Shown: in pieces, positions 11,201 through 22,798 of the stretch | Position numbering within the stretch: position 1 is the first letter of the stretch | Layout: each line of letters begins with the position of its first letter | Assembly: GCA_043228905.1 (NCBI GenBank) | Contig: JBHGNT010000015.1 | Span: 6,634,001 to 6,698,000, forward strand | From: Azolla caroliniana | Lineage: Eukaryota; Plantae; Polypodiophyta | Length of the DNA: 64,000 nucleotides | Direction: 5' to 3' | The notes under the pieces: model-generated | Database searches by the model: none | What the model was told of the DNA's origin: nothing | The model's input: the letters and a program-made list of their open reading frames with translations, nothing else | Translations under genes and position numbers: made by a program

Positions 11201-14200
11201 TACATCCATTGTGCATCCATCCTTTACCTCAAAGCGTAGATATGCATGATCAGTTGCCAAGCCAAAGGTCTTCCCGATATAGTGAACGCTTTTATTTCAG
11301 GTATAAGAGATGGAGGTCCCATTAGATAATCGATTGTGCTTGCACCCCCTTTTGGGTTCCAACATGTCAAAGCATTTGATCCAGGCCATTGTGACAAGCC
11401 ATTATATATCACAAATCCATGTGCGCTTCCCAAGGCTAGAAAGTGTTTTCCATATTCAGTTATAGCACTCATATCTTGAGCTTGTCGCTTTAGACCAACC
11501 TCTTCCGCCATAACTTCTCCATAAACAACCTCGTTGGTGTTAAACATAGTTGTTTGTTCATCCTTGGTTCGTGCATTAAAATCTCCTAATAGTATTATGT
11601 CCCCCATAGTAGCAAATCTTATAATATCATCATATAGTGGTAGATATGGTGATTCACCTAGAGGTGCAAACCTTGAGTAGGCAAGTGGAAAGTAGCAAAT
11701 TGCAATATATAACTCCCTAAGATCCCCTCTTTTTATTCGTATCCACACGTAGCGCGCATCTACATCCTTATGGACAACATGCACTCTACCATGGAGCTCC
11801 TCTTTGTATAGCCCAACCACTCCTCCCGAACCTCTAGTGCTTCCTCGTGTCCGAGGTTGGGGGCGACATATTGACTCCCATCTATATCCTTGTACCTCGG
11901 GGAGTTTGCTAGCCATGAATTGGCAAGTCTTTCTATACATAGCAATATCTGTGTTTTTCAATGTATCTTCAAAATATTCGACATCTGTCTGTAGAGAGCC
12001 GTTGCAATTCCATATGGTCATGCGTAGGGTCTCATAGGCCATATATCATCATGCGGTTCTCTTCTCTATAATAATGACCTTGCCGTCTCTATATACGGCC
12101 CATTTACCTTCCTTTCTTGCATCAAGCACTCGTGGCATGTTTTCTTTGCGGTGTGCCACTTGGGCTGGAGTGAGATCGTCATCTAAATATATTTTTTCAC
12201 CCTTGAGTGCCTTTATTTTAGAGAGGAAAGCTTTTTTCTTGTCAATATCCATGAAGCAGATGATAAGGGCTTTAGCTCTAGACTCATCTCTTCCCACCCT
12301 CCACGCCGAAGCAATGGAATATCCGATTCTCCAATCTTTGTTCCAAGATTCTTGGCATCTTCTTGTGGACTTCCCTTTTCGGCCCAACCAACCACTCGTA
12401 CATGCAACGCACGAGCTTTCCTCTTGCTTCTTCTAAAGTAGCATTCATCATTGCCACCCTATCCATGGATGTTCCTTTTTGCTTTTTTACTACCTCTATC
12501 CAAGGAACATTTGCTTTAATTTCATTTTGGGTGTGCTTAGCTTGAGCTTTGGCATTTTTGGCGATGTCTGCCCATGTTTGCATTTCCTTTGTGACATTGG
12601 CTTCCACTGTAGAGATGCATCTTTCCACTGCTTCTTGTCCTTTTTCGAAATCCACTTTTATAGCTCCTAACTCAACCTTACTTGAGGATATTTTATCCTT
12701 AAGGTATTGTGTCATGTCATCCTTGAGCTCTAAGTGTGATTTCTCCACATGGCTTCATTAGAAATATTGAGAATCGATTAGATAGGTATATAGAGTTACA
12801 ATTACAGAGATGGATATATGAAAACAAAACCTCTATTACATATGAGAGTAGCTCACAATGGTAGTTTACCCATGTGCTCACACCTTAGAGCTTAGATAGG
12901 ATATGGACCAGCTCACTACAAAATTAGTGGGGACTGATAATCAATCCAGCCACTGTGTAAGAAAGTGGATTATATTCTATGTTTGGTCTGAGTATAACAT
13001 TAAATGTGCAAGTTAGTTGATAGTAGTGGAGATATTCCTTTTCTGTCAACTGATTTGTCATTTAATATGACCCAATTCCCTAGATATAGGCCAGTGCTAG
13101 ATAGTACTTATCTTGAAGTCAATGGCACATACTTCAAGACTAAGTATATCGTAACTTGCCCACAAAATATTCTAGTTGACTTGATTAGCCAATCCTATTA
13201 CCTATTTCGCTCTTTCCTAAATACATTGTGTCCTACACATCCACGGTTTCCTAGATTAACACCTTATCAACCCATATGGTCGAGTTGCACACTAGCCACT
13301 CCTCATTTGGGGCGCTATCACAAAATGTGCACTCTAAGAGCACATATGGGGATAGATTTACAACTTCAGGCTGATCATTGATTATATCTAACAGGCTTAT
13401 TGTGTCTTTCACATTTCTTCTAATAACTCAGCCTTAAGAGAGGCATACAATTCTGTTTTCTGTTTCTCTATCTCCTTTTTCATTTCTTCTTTTAGTGCTA
13501 TTTCTATATCTTCTCTACTAAGATTGATCTCTTGCGCAATCAAATGGCGTAATAAATCATGTTTCCCATTTTCGACATCAAATGGAATGTCGGATGGGGC
13601 CTGCGTTCTAGGTGCCTTGTGCGCCCTTCTAACGCTATTCGGGGTGCTTCCATCCTGTCCTTTTCGTCTATGATATCTTCTTGGGGTTTTCCATGGATCT
13701 GAACCCTCGCCATGCGTGTTAAGATCTATCTTTTCATTTTCGGTCCATTCAGACTCCATGGTATCTTAGGACAGCAGGTATAGGAGATGTTGAGGGCAGA
13801 AAGAACAATATAGATTAGATTCTAGAGATTTCTACTGTTCAGAAAGCATAGAGGAACAGATTTGGCAGAAGATACGGGGAATCAGATTTGGCATACAGCT
13901 ACACAGGTTCATCCACAAAGAACAATCACAACTTTGTTTAGCCCCATCAGTTCTACAACTGCTATAAGTCCATGAAGGGCTACACAAATCAGCTTCGACC
14001 AGGACATAACAAAGGGGTTACCATAGATTAGGCAATAGCAATTTGTTGTGCATGTAGGCCCTGGCCACATGGACCATGACCTCACCACCCTTGTCGTTGA
14101 CATGTAAAGGCAATTCTAGGTGCTTCCCTTGCTTTAGAGACCTCTCCAGTCTAGATTGACCTATGTTAGGGATCTTTCGAAGACAAAAGTTCCAATATAT

Positions 14201-17200
14201 CTGTCTTGAGAATCTTCCATGTGCTGATAACAAGATTCTTTAGTCTCTTTTTATCTTATTTAATGTTATGCTTACTTAGTAATGTTTATTTTATTTTGAT
14301 TGATTCTCAAAAGACAAGACAACACTAAAGATGTAATCTCTTGTTTGGTCATATAGGCCATTTTGGCCCCTTACGTTAATATATCTTTCTTTCTTTCTTA
14401 CTAGCTGGACAGAACAAGCCATTTTACCAATCTTCAAGGGCAGAGATCCCATGTGCCGAGCAATTATAGGACAATCATGATTGGCCATTATGTTAGAGAA
14501 GCTGTTAATAACAGTAGTGGAACAATTGTAAGAAAAAATGGACACAGACAAGCTGAGAGAAAGATGTTAGACAATATTAACAAATAGCTGCAAAAAGTAG
14601 AGACACAGGCAAAGAATAGAGCTTGTTTGCAAGTAGCAGCAAAAATAAAGTTCTTACAAAAGAGGCTGGTATAGCCTATTTATACAAAATTGGGAATGGG
14701 GGTGAAATAGTTGTTTGGTAGTTAAGTGACTCTTGTACTACCAAACAGGTACAATAAATGAGGAATAAGAGGAAATAATCGTGGAATAGTGGAAGAGAGA
14801 AGGCATTCAAACAATTGCAGATTAGAGAGAGAGAAGAGATAATGTAGAGGAGAGGTAATAAAGATGAAAGAGATTGCAGGTTTGGAGCTGCCACCCTTTA
14901 GAACATCCTATCAGCTCTAGAACAACAGTCCAACATTGAGTTCACTGAGGAGCTGATCAATGGCTTGGCTTAATTAACAAATCAGCCACATTTTGTTGAG
15001 TAGGAAAATAGGCCAAGTTAACAAAACACCAATGTGACAGAGCAGTTGCATTAACCAAAGCAACTCACAACAAGTATCTAAATATGCTTGATATTCAGGT
15101 CAATGAAGTAGAAACTGGAATTTGCTTCATTGATTTCCAAGAAGCTTTGGATCACATATTGACCCTCCGAGCCCTTATCGAGGAGGGCAGAGTCCATAAT
15201 AAGAGGATTTATTGGTGCTTTGTGGATTTCTGAAAAGCCTTTGACACTGCCACGTGCTCAGCTTATGCAACAACTAGAAGCCCTTGGTGTTCCTACAAAT
15301 ACACAATGGGTAATCTATGCACTCTATGAATCCGTGTCAGGAAAAGTGTGGTCTTCCAAGGGTTTGTCAGAGGTGGTGGCTAGCACAATCGGATTGAAGC
15401 AAGGATGCCCACTATCACCCACTCTCTTTGGTCTCTATATAGATGAGGTATCACATTACATAGAGAGATCAGGGCGTTTGGGAGCATGCCTAGCAGGTAT
15501 AGCTATACAAATATTGCTATATGCTGATGATATTGTGCTGATTTCTGACTCTTCAGCGGGACTACAAAGACATCTAAATACCTTAAAACTATTTTGTACG
15601 CACAAAGGTTTGTCGATAAACATGGATAAAACTAAAGTGATGGTATTTAACACCACTCAAGCATGGGTAACAATATCAGAGCTGGAATTCTTCTTGGGAG
15701 AGGAAAAGGTGGAATACATACGCTCCTACACATACCTAGGAGTAACATTTACAGGGCCTAGGTTCCGTTTACGGGAGGCTGCTTGTGCCCGACTTTCTTG
15801 TGGATATGCAGCCCTTGTTGCTCTTGAAAGACAATGTGCCCATTTGCAGTTCCAAGAACCACAAACTAAGCTGTTGTTATTTGATACACTTGTCACACCA
15901 ACTCTGCTCTATAGAGTAGATACGTGTTGACCGAGTCAGCCCCTATAATCACTGAGGCATTGTTCTGATCAGGGACCTATGCTAGAGATCTTTCGAAGAC
16001 AAAAGTTATCATTATTTAACTTTAGAATCTCACATGTGCTTAAAACCAGATTCTCTGTAGTCTCTTTTTATCTTATTTACTTTTACATTTACTTAGTAAT
16101 ATTTATTTTATTTTGATTTGTTTTCAAAGACGAGACAACACTTAGATGTAATCTCTTGTTTGGTCTCATAGGCCATTTTGGCCTCTTAAAAGATGTTAAT
16201 ATTTCTTTTTTTCTTTCTATTCACATGTTATGGTTCATAACATGCTCTCTTTTTCAGTAGGGCAAAATGCTCTTTCAGAAAGTCATGCTATCAGCCAGCA
16301 TGCCTTTCACTTCTGATTTCTTTCCTCTCACCACTATATGCAGTTACCTTGGCACTCCTTTGAAGAGTCTCCAGCTGGGTCCTCTTGTGATGATGGGATG
16401 GTGAAGAGCGCCCTTACTACTCATCGGTTTCCATGCATCTCCCCTAACGCAAAGATCCTTGACTGCCGTGTAACCAGTCTTCGTTCTGCTGTTCCTGCTT
16501 CTCCTCATAAGTGCATGCATGAACCTCCATGCATCCTTCCGTTTCTCCCCTTGTGTTCGTTCATACCTAGTCCAAAAACTTTTCTCTAGTTCAAAAACTT
16601 TTGCATATTCTTGATACCTATAATCCCTTACCATTGTTATTAGGATTTCTGCATTTAAGTAAAGAGTTTTGAATTGTATCACAGTTCATTTAGAAATGAG
16701 GAGAATAAGAGACAAGATGGATGGGAATCTCTGGGTAATTCATCTCCATATTTGACAAAGCGTTTCCTCTGGCCTGATGCTGGAGATGTGGAGAGTCATC
16801 CTAATAGCTCATCAGACAACCAGGGATTGAATCAGTCTGGGCTTAAAGATATGTCACAGAAGGTTATGTCTATAAATGTTTTAGAAAACTTTAGCACCCA
16901 GAATTTCTGATAAAGAGTTATCTATGCGGACAGATTTTAAAGCACATTCCTAAGTTCGTGAAAATTGTTGAGGTTGGACCGAGGGATGGCCTACAAAATG
17001 AGAAGATTACAGTTCCGACAAATGTGAAGATTGAGCTTATCAAAAGGCTAGTTGATGCAGGCTTGATGGTTGTTGAAGCAACTAGTTTTGTATCTCCAAA
17101 GTGGGTTCCTCAGGTGAATGCAACTTTGGTGGTGATCTCTTAATACTTATGACACATTTCATTCTTTGTTCCTGACAATGCTAACCATTATTTAGGTTAC

Positions 17201-20200
17201 TTTGAACTGTTTCTTATTATTAATACCATAAAAAGGAAATAGTCATGACTTGGCCAACTTAATACATACATCAAAAACATATAAATCAGTAACCTTTGCA
17301 CATATATGCTAGATTATGTGCAGTTTTATTTTCCTGTCATTATAAGTGAGTGCAATGTATATGAATAGCATTAAGAAATATTAGCTCTAGTTCATGGCTT
17401 CATGTCATGTGGACAATTACTATAGTTATCCATATAAATGGGAAAGCATTCTAGTGCTACTGTATTTGTCTTATTCTTATGCATTAAGATAACCTAATAT
17501 CCTTTCCACTATAGTTATGCATATAAATGGGAAAGCATTCTAGTGCCACTGTATTTGTCTTATTCTGTCTATTAGAATAGCTAAGAAAATGTTGGTTAAT
17601 GCTCCTAATATAGCCTCAATTAAGCCAAACTGTTTCAATAATGGGATAATCTATTGCATGCTTTCCATGTAAGATAAGTGTCTATTGTATATTAGACCGG
17701 TATCCATGATTCATTGCATATTAGGCTAGTGTCAAATGTTTTTTTGATGTTTCTGTCAAGGCATATAAAAAGTTATTCCTTTGTGATGGAACACCAAAGC
17801 AAAGAAATATTCGAGAGCAAAACCTTTTTCTCAATGGTTATGATGTGTATAGCCAATAGTTAAGTCTTAAGGGAGAGTGAAACCAAAGGGTTAATTTGGT
17901 TTTTCTTTAGCACAAAACAAGATGTTGCAGTCATGTGTAGACAGATGGTTTTCAATGTCACATGAGGCGTCAGGTCATGAAAATATGGGGAGTGCTAGTT
18001 TTTGGACACATCGAGTACATACAGAAATGTCACTAGACCCATAAACATTGTAGTGTGATTTTCCAAAATAAAACCTATCTGGATGTGGCTTGATTATATT
18101 AGAACTGAAAAATTATAAAATAGGCTGATCAGGCTTTTTATTATGTATATCCTGATAACCAAGCAATTCCTGCTCCATTAAATATTTATGCATTAGATGT
18201 ATGAAAATAGGCGCATTAGCATAAATTGGTGACACCTTAGCAATGATAAACACTGCCCATTATTTGAAGATGTGATGGGACCATTAATGCATATTTGTTT
18301 TGATTTGTTCTTCATAAAAACTCACAAATCAAAAAAGGTTTCCCCCTGTAAAAGTATACAGAAAAGATATCGATTTCCAAACTTCAAGCTTCAGGCACAT
18401 TTTATTTGAATTCAATAATTTCGTTTTCAATTTTTGCAAGCTAAATAAATTTAGAGTGCCATTGTAGAAACCAGAAAAGTATATATTTTCTTGCATGGAC
18501 AGCTTGCAGATGCGAAAGAGGTCATGAATGTGATTAGGGCATTGAAGGGTGCTCAGTTTCCTGTTCTCACTCCGAATCTTAAAGTAAGCTTAGATCATCT
18601 TACAATGTAAACAGAAATAAGAACAAGTTTTCTTATGTGGTGATACTTGATGTCTGTCAGGGCCTTGAAGCTGCTATTGCTTCAGGTGCACAAGAAGTTG
18701 CTATATTTGTATCTGCGTCTGAGACTTTCTCAAAGAAGAATATAAATTGTAACATTGGAGACAGTTTTAAACGCTATGAAGAGGTCATGGATGTGGCGAA
18801 AAAGTATTTGCTACCAGTCCGAGGGTAATTGTTTTCTTGCCGTGTGATAGCCCAGCTCTTATATGGAAATAGGGCCATTCATGGAACTTTATCAGTCTTA
18901 TGACTTTTTCTTCCTTCTGCATTGCATTAAGAAAAGAGGGAAGTTCGTTCAAGTTCTACTTGGCTCTTTATAAGGAAGTCTATTTTTTATTACTCGAGAC
19001 AGGTATATTTCTTGTGTTGTGGCATGCCCTGATGAAGGCTCAATTCCACCATCAAACGTTGCACAAGTTGCAAAGAAACTGCTAGAAATGGGCTGTTATG
19101 AGGTTTCTCTTGGTGATACTATTGGAGTTGGAACACCTGGTAGGTTAAAGTAATAAGTTTCATGTAACCTTCAACACAAGGGCGTTTCCATTCTACACAT
19201 AGACACCCTCCAAGATTTAACGGTTGTTTCATTTGTGAAATGTCATTTCAGGCAGTGTTTTGCCTATGCTGGAAGCTGTAATGGAAGTAGTGCCTACCCA
19301 CAAAATTGCAGTGCACTTCCATGATACATATGGACAAGCATTGTCCAATATATTGTTGGCACTTCTGGTATGAATTCCATCATTTTGGATAAGTAATCCG
19401 TATAAACATTGTGGGGAATTTGGAGAAGTATTTTTCTTTTTATTGAGCAAAGCAGCTCTATCCTATTTTAAAGGTTTTTAAGTGAGAAATTTTAATCAAT
19501 GAGTATTATTTTCACTGTTGGCAATCTAGCTTTTTTTTTTTTTAGTAACACTTTTATTAGTAGTGGGAAACCTCAAAGTGAGGTGAAAACCCACAAAGAA
19601 TAAAGAAAAATATACAAGTGTCAATTGACACTAAAGAGCTTAAAAGCACTCAAAGAAAAGGTTGTAAATTTGGAATGTGATGTCTCTAAGTTGCAGACAA
19701 TCAAATAGAGATTGCCTGAGGGATTGCTTAAAGAAGCTAACTTCATGTAGTTGGTTTCGATCAAAGACCTTATTATTGCGGGCTGTCCAAATGGTCCAAA
19801 GTGCCCAAAATCGTGTCCATTGGAGAAAATAGGCATTGTCGGATAGGGCGCATGGAATTTGTCCAAATATCCAAAAGTGTTTACCGAACCTTCGGCCAGG
19901 AAATCTGTGATAAAGAGATGCACTTAGTCTTTGTACAAATGTTGTAGTGAATGAACAAGTCCATAATAAGTGTGGGACTGTTTCCAATCGTCCACCACAA
20001 CTTGCACAATGCGGCGAGGCTATCGATCGCTTTTGAAGATTCAACCTAGTTGGGAGCACACCCAGTAAGCATCTCCATAGGAATACCCGTTGCTTAAGTG
20101 GAAGACGAGAGCTTGCAAGCCTGTTATTCCACCAGGACTACGTTTTATGTAGGTTCCATAATGCATTTGCATGTTCGTGAAACCATGGGACAGGTTGCTA

Positions 20201-22344
20201 CAACATATACACTGAATGTGTTGTAATGTTATGCATTGGAATAACAATGTTCCCTTTTTGTAACATCCAATCCTGAATCCTACGATCTCCATTGAGAGGT
20301 GGCACAGGTACTAAGGAAACCACCAACTCAATGACTTGATTCCATATAACACGATGATGTGACCCAAGATTATAACGACATGTCATGTCATTGAAGTGCA
20401 ATAAGTGGCCTTGGTCATTTACCACATCTGCAATTGATTTCAGCCCCTTCTTTGCTAAAAAATAAGCTTTGCTAGGCTCTTGTTCAGCTAATGACTGTGG
20501 GAATATACCACTCCAATGTAAGCTTTCGAGGCGTAAAGAGTTCCCTGATTATGAATTCCTACCTCTCCATTTTATGTGGTGCAATATGTCCTTCCAGTGC
20601 TTTAGAAGCTTTGAGCTAAACGGACAACCTTTGATGTGCCCGTCAAGCTTTCCAAACACTACATCCCAATGATTAGTTTCCCATGAGCCAAATGACTTAG
20701 TTTTCAAATGATCAAACATATCAGATAGCATTCTTGCCCAAGGCAATGTTTTTTCAGCAAATTTCGGCAATAAAGTAGCTTTTCTAGCCAACATATGCAA
20801 ATGCAAATTAAGAAAATTTAGCCCTCCACTCAATCATGGAGTGTATATCTTCTCTAGTGATAAACGTCGTATACCTCTATGCGACTGCTTAGAGCACCAA
20901 AAGCTGCTTATGAGTTCTGAGTTAATCGTTTGTATCATGTGTTTCGGCCAATCAATCATAATTAAGTAATATTGCATATAAGGCATGAATATTGATTGCA
21001 CTATCCTCAATCTTTGGCAATCTAGCCTAGGTCGATCTATATAAGGAAAGTTCAAAGAAAATTCACGGTGCTAACAAGGGATGGATCTGTTTGTTATTCC
21101 CCTTATTGGGTGTATTCCTGAATCTGCCCCTCTAGAAAGTATGTAAATTTTGAAAGTATTCTAGTTTTAGAAGGTCTAGAGTTAATTTAATAATAAAGTA
21201 CGTCTCAAAAGAATGTGAATGTGTGCCAACACAAACCTCTATGTGTTGGGTGGAGATTGGCCTTTATTGTGTTACCATAAATTATCTATCTCCATCTTTT
21301 TAGATGATGAGCATTACATGCCTTTCCTTTTAAAATATGATTATTCCAAACTATAAAAGTGACTCAGAATGAAGATGCGAAAATAGAAAAAAAGAGGATC
21401 GAGACAAGAGAGATGATGTTGAGCATAGCTCAATGCTCATAGAAGGCTAAAACATGACTCATGGCTCCCAGAAATGAGCATTACAAAAGAATCTCCTCTG
21501 GTGATGCAGAGACTATAGCCACATGTAATTATGGATTTTCTTGTGAAGAGTATCAAGACAAGAGAGGGAATGTTTTATCATAGCGCAATGCTCATAGGAG
21601 GTTAAAACATGACTATAGCTCCCAAAAAGGAATGTTACTAAAGAGTCTCCTCTGGTGATGCAGAGACTGTAGCCACATGTAATTATGGATTTTCTAGTTC
21701 CTACTATGCTTGAGTGTATACATATGAAACTAGCAAGCAGGATTTGGTACCTCTGATGTGGACAAGTGTTGTGAAATTGATGGATGTGGCTATCGAACAG
21801 TCCAAGTAGGATATATCGTGAGATATGATGTATGTAAAAATCAGATGCGTTAATGTTGTCAGCAAGATATCATTTCTCACTATAATAATAATAATACTGA
21901 TCAAGTTTGTAGAATTCAGAAATTCCCAGAATATATTGATCATTAAGTAATTAGGCATCTGTAAATCTGTCAGTTATGATTATACTAATTGAAGAAGTTT
22001 TCTGTTTTCCATTAACCATCAGATGCTTAAATGTGATGCTTTAGATTTTAAACTATTTCCAAAATTCTATATATTTTTTAATAATCTTACAGATGGGGAT
22101 CCGAATTGTAGATTCATCTGTAGCTGGTCTAGGTGGTTGCCCATATGCTAAAGGTGCTACTGGTAATGTAGCAACTGAAGATGTCTTGTATATGCTAAAT
22201 GGACTCGGAGTCCATACAAATGTGGATATAATGAAAATAATTGCTGCTGGGGAGTATATTTGTCAGCAAATTGGTCGACAGAACAACTCTAAAGCTGCAA
22301 TTGCTTTAAGAAACAAATCTGCTAGTAATCTGTCTAAGATGTGA
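4964..22344 (+). CDS. HMGCL: Hydroxymethylglutaryl-CoA lyase, ~475 aa. Exons: 4964-5283 (uncertain), 16685-16862, 16934-17113, 18503-18583, 18661-18824, 19003-19139, 19252-19367, 22093-22344
   Basis: Spliced in-frame translation (1428 nt, all introns GT-AG, phases match) gives [61 protein letters not shown] and [19 protein letters not shown], ending in SKM. The N-terminal exon structure is less certain, with possible small exons near 16258-16400. Confidence 0.95.
5600..5680 (-). mobile_element. Isolated, degenerate 3' terminus of the RTEX-like LINE family
   Basis: Resembles the terminal segment at 7348-7410 (GAAA-rich tail, TATTAAC, AATGGCCTAT). Confidence 0.5.
8018..8325 (+). mobile_element. 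Solo LTR (308 bp) related to the LTRs of the intact copia at 54123-59752
   Basis: TG...CA ends, perfect 5-bp TSD AAAGA (8013-8017, 8326-8330), colinear similarity to the reverse complement of 54123-54459. It interrupts the LINE ORF2 zinc-finger region. Confidence 0.9.
8470..8926 (-). mobile_element. Solo LTR (457 bp), same family as the LTR at 46389-46845
   Basis: TGTTA...AACA on the minus strand, TSD CCTAC/CCTAT. Removing it restores LINE ORF2 ALRSVIG|QLRTSSHQ. Highly similar to 46389-46845. Confidence 0.9.
15148..16218 (+). mobile_element. Internally deleted copy of the RTEX-like LINE (RT core plus 3' end)
   Basis: ORF 15220-15930 has [18 protein letters not shown] and LLYADD and is nearly identical to the minus copy. 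It jumps to the 3' UTR, with hairpin GGCCATTTTGGCC at 16171 and a T/C tail. Confidence 0.9.
19531..21013 (-). mobile_element. 5'-truncated L1-clade LINE in the last HMGCL intron
   Basis: Poly(A) tail (T13 at 19531-19543), 13-bp TSD TTGGCAATCTAGC (19518-19530 and 21014-21026), zf-RVT motif [10 protein letters not shown]...CASC...[10 protein letters not shown]. Confidence 0.9.
21401..21693. repeat. Imperfect tandem duplication, unit ~155 bp, intronic
   Basis: TCTCCTCTGGTGATGCAGAGACT(A/G)TAGCCACATGTAATTATGGATTTTC occurs twice, with similar flanks. Confidence 0.8.
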
Positions 22345-22798
22345 AGTCCCTTTCCGTTTTCATTCCGTACATCTCATCTTATACTGTATGCTCAATTCTG
22401 TGAATAAAATCACATAGTTGTGTATAAAATACATTGTAAAATATCTGGCTTCAATTTTAGTGACCGTTTATGAGATAAAATATCTGGCTTCAGGTGTGTG
22501 AGTATAACACTTTGGTATAATGTTTTGCCTTTGAGCATATTCAACTATGCTTTCCACACATCTTCAACAAAACCTAATCCTCGCACAAATTTCTCTCACA
22601 ATCACAATGTGCACTCTTAATTGCAACATCTATTGGTAAAATTCTTGAACATTGAGAGTTGCTCATCACTTTTACATGCACTAGGTGAAATGTACAATAA
22701 TATCCAACATTTAAGAATGAGAACATACCTCACATGTTGATGATTACCTAAGAATTGGGTTTTCAAAAAACACATCGTATGCTAAAAGTGAGCAATAG

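Larger units (their letters stand above)
7348..13892 (-). mobile_element. Near full-length two-ORF LINE (APE endonuclease, RT, C-terminal CCHC; RTEX-like), decayed. ORF1 13759-12049, ORF2 12042 to ~7552
   Basis: ORF1 has a coiled coil followed by KIYLDDDLT...[13 protein letters not shown]2 has [60 protein letters not shown] and [10 protein letters not shown]...CQLC...EEHYVCHC. The 3' end has a hairpin and a (TTTC)n tail. Clade assignment is inferred from motifs. Confidence 0.9.
5860..14399 (+). mobile_element. Old 5'-truncated LINE copy, split into 5860-7347 and 13893-14399 by an antisense copy of the same family
   Basis: [22 protein letters not shown] and [10 protein letters not shown] match the minus copy. 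The sequence breaks at GAAAAGTTGTGGAAGA (7347) and resumes ATACAGCTACACA (13893), as in the uninterrupted minus copy. It ends in (TTTC)n at ~14399. Confidence 0.85.

Noticed and set aside
12746-13414. TE insertion with 5-bp TSD CACAT as the explanation for the ORF1 gap
   Set aside because: The interior lacks TG...CA ends, TIRs or a tail, and removing it at CACAT frameshifts ORF1 into a stop, whereas GT-AG removal is in frame. Disfavoured but not fully excluded.
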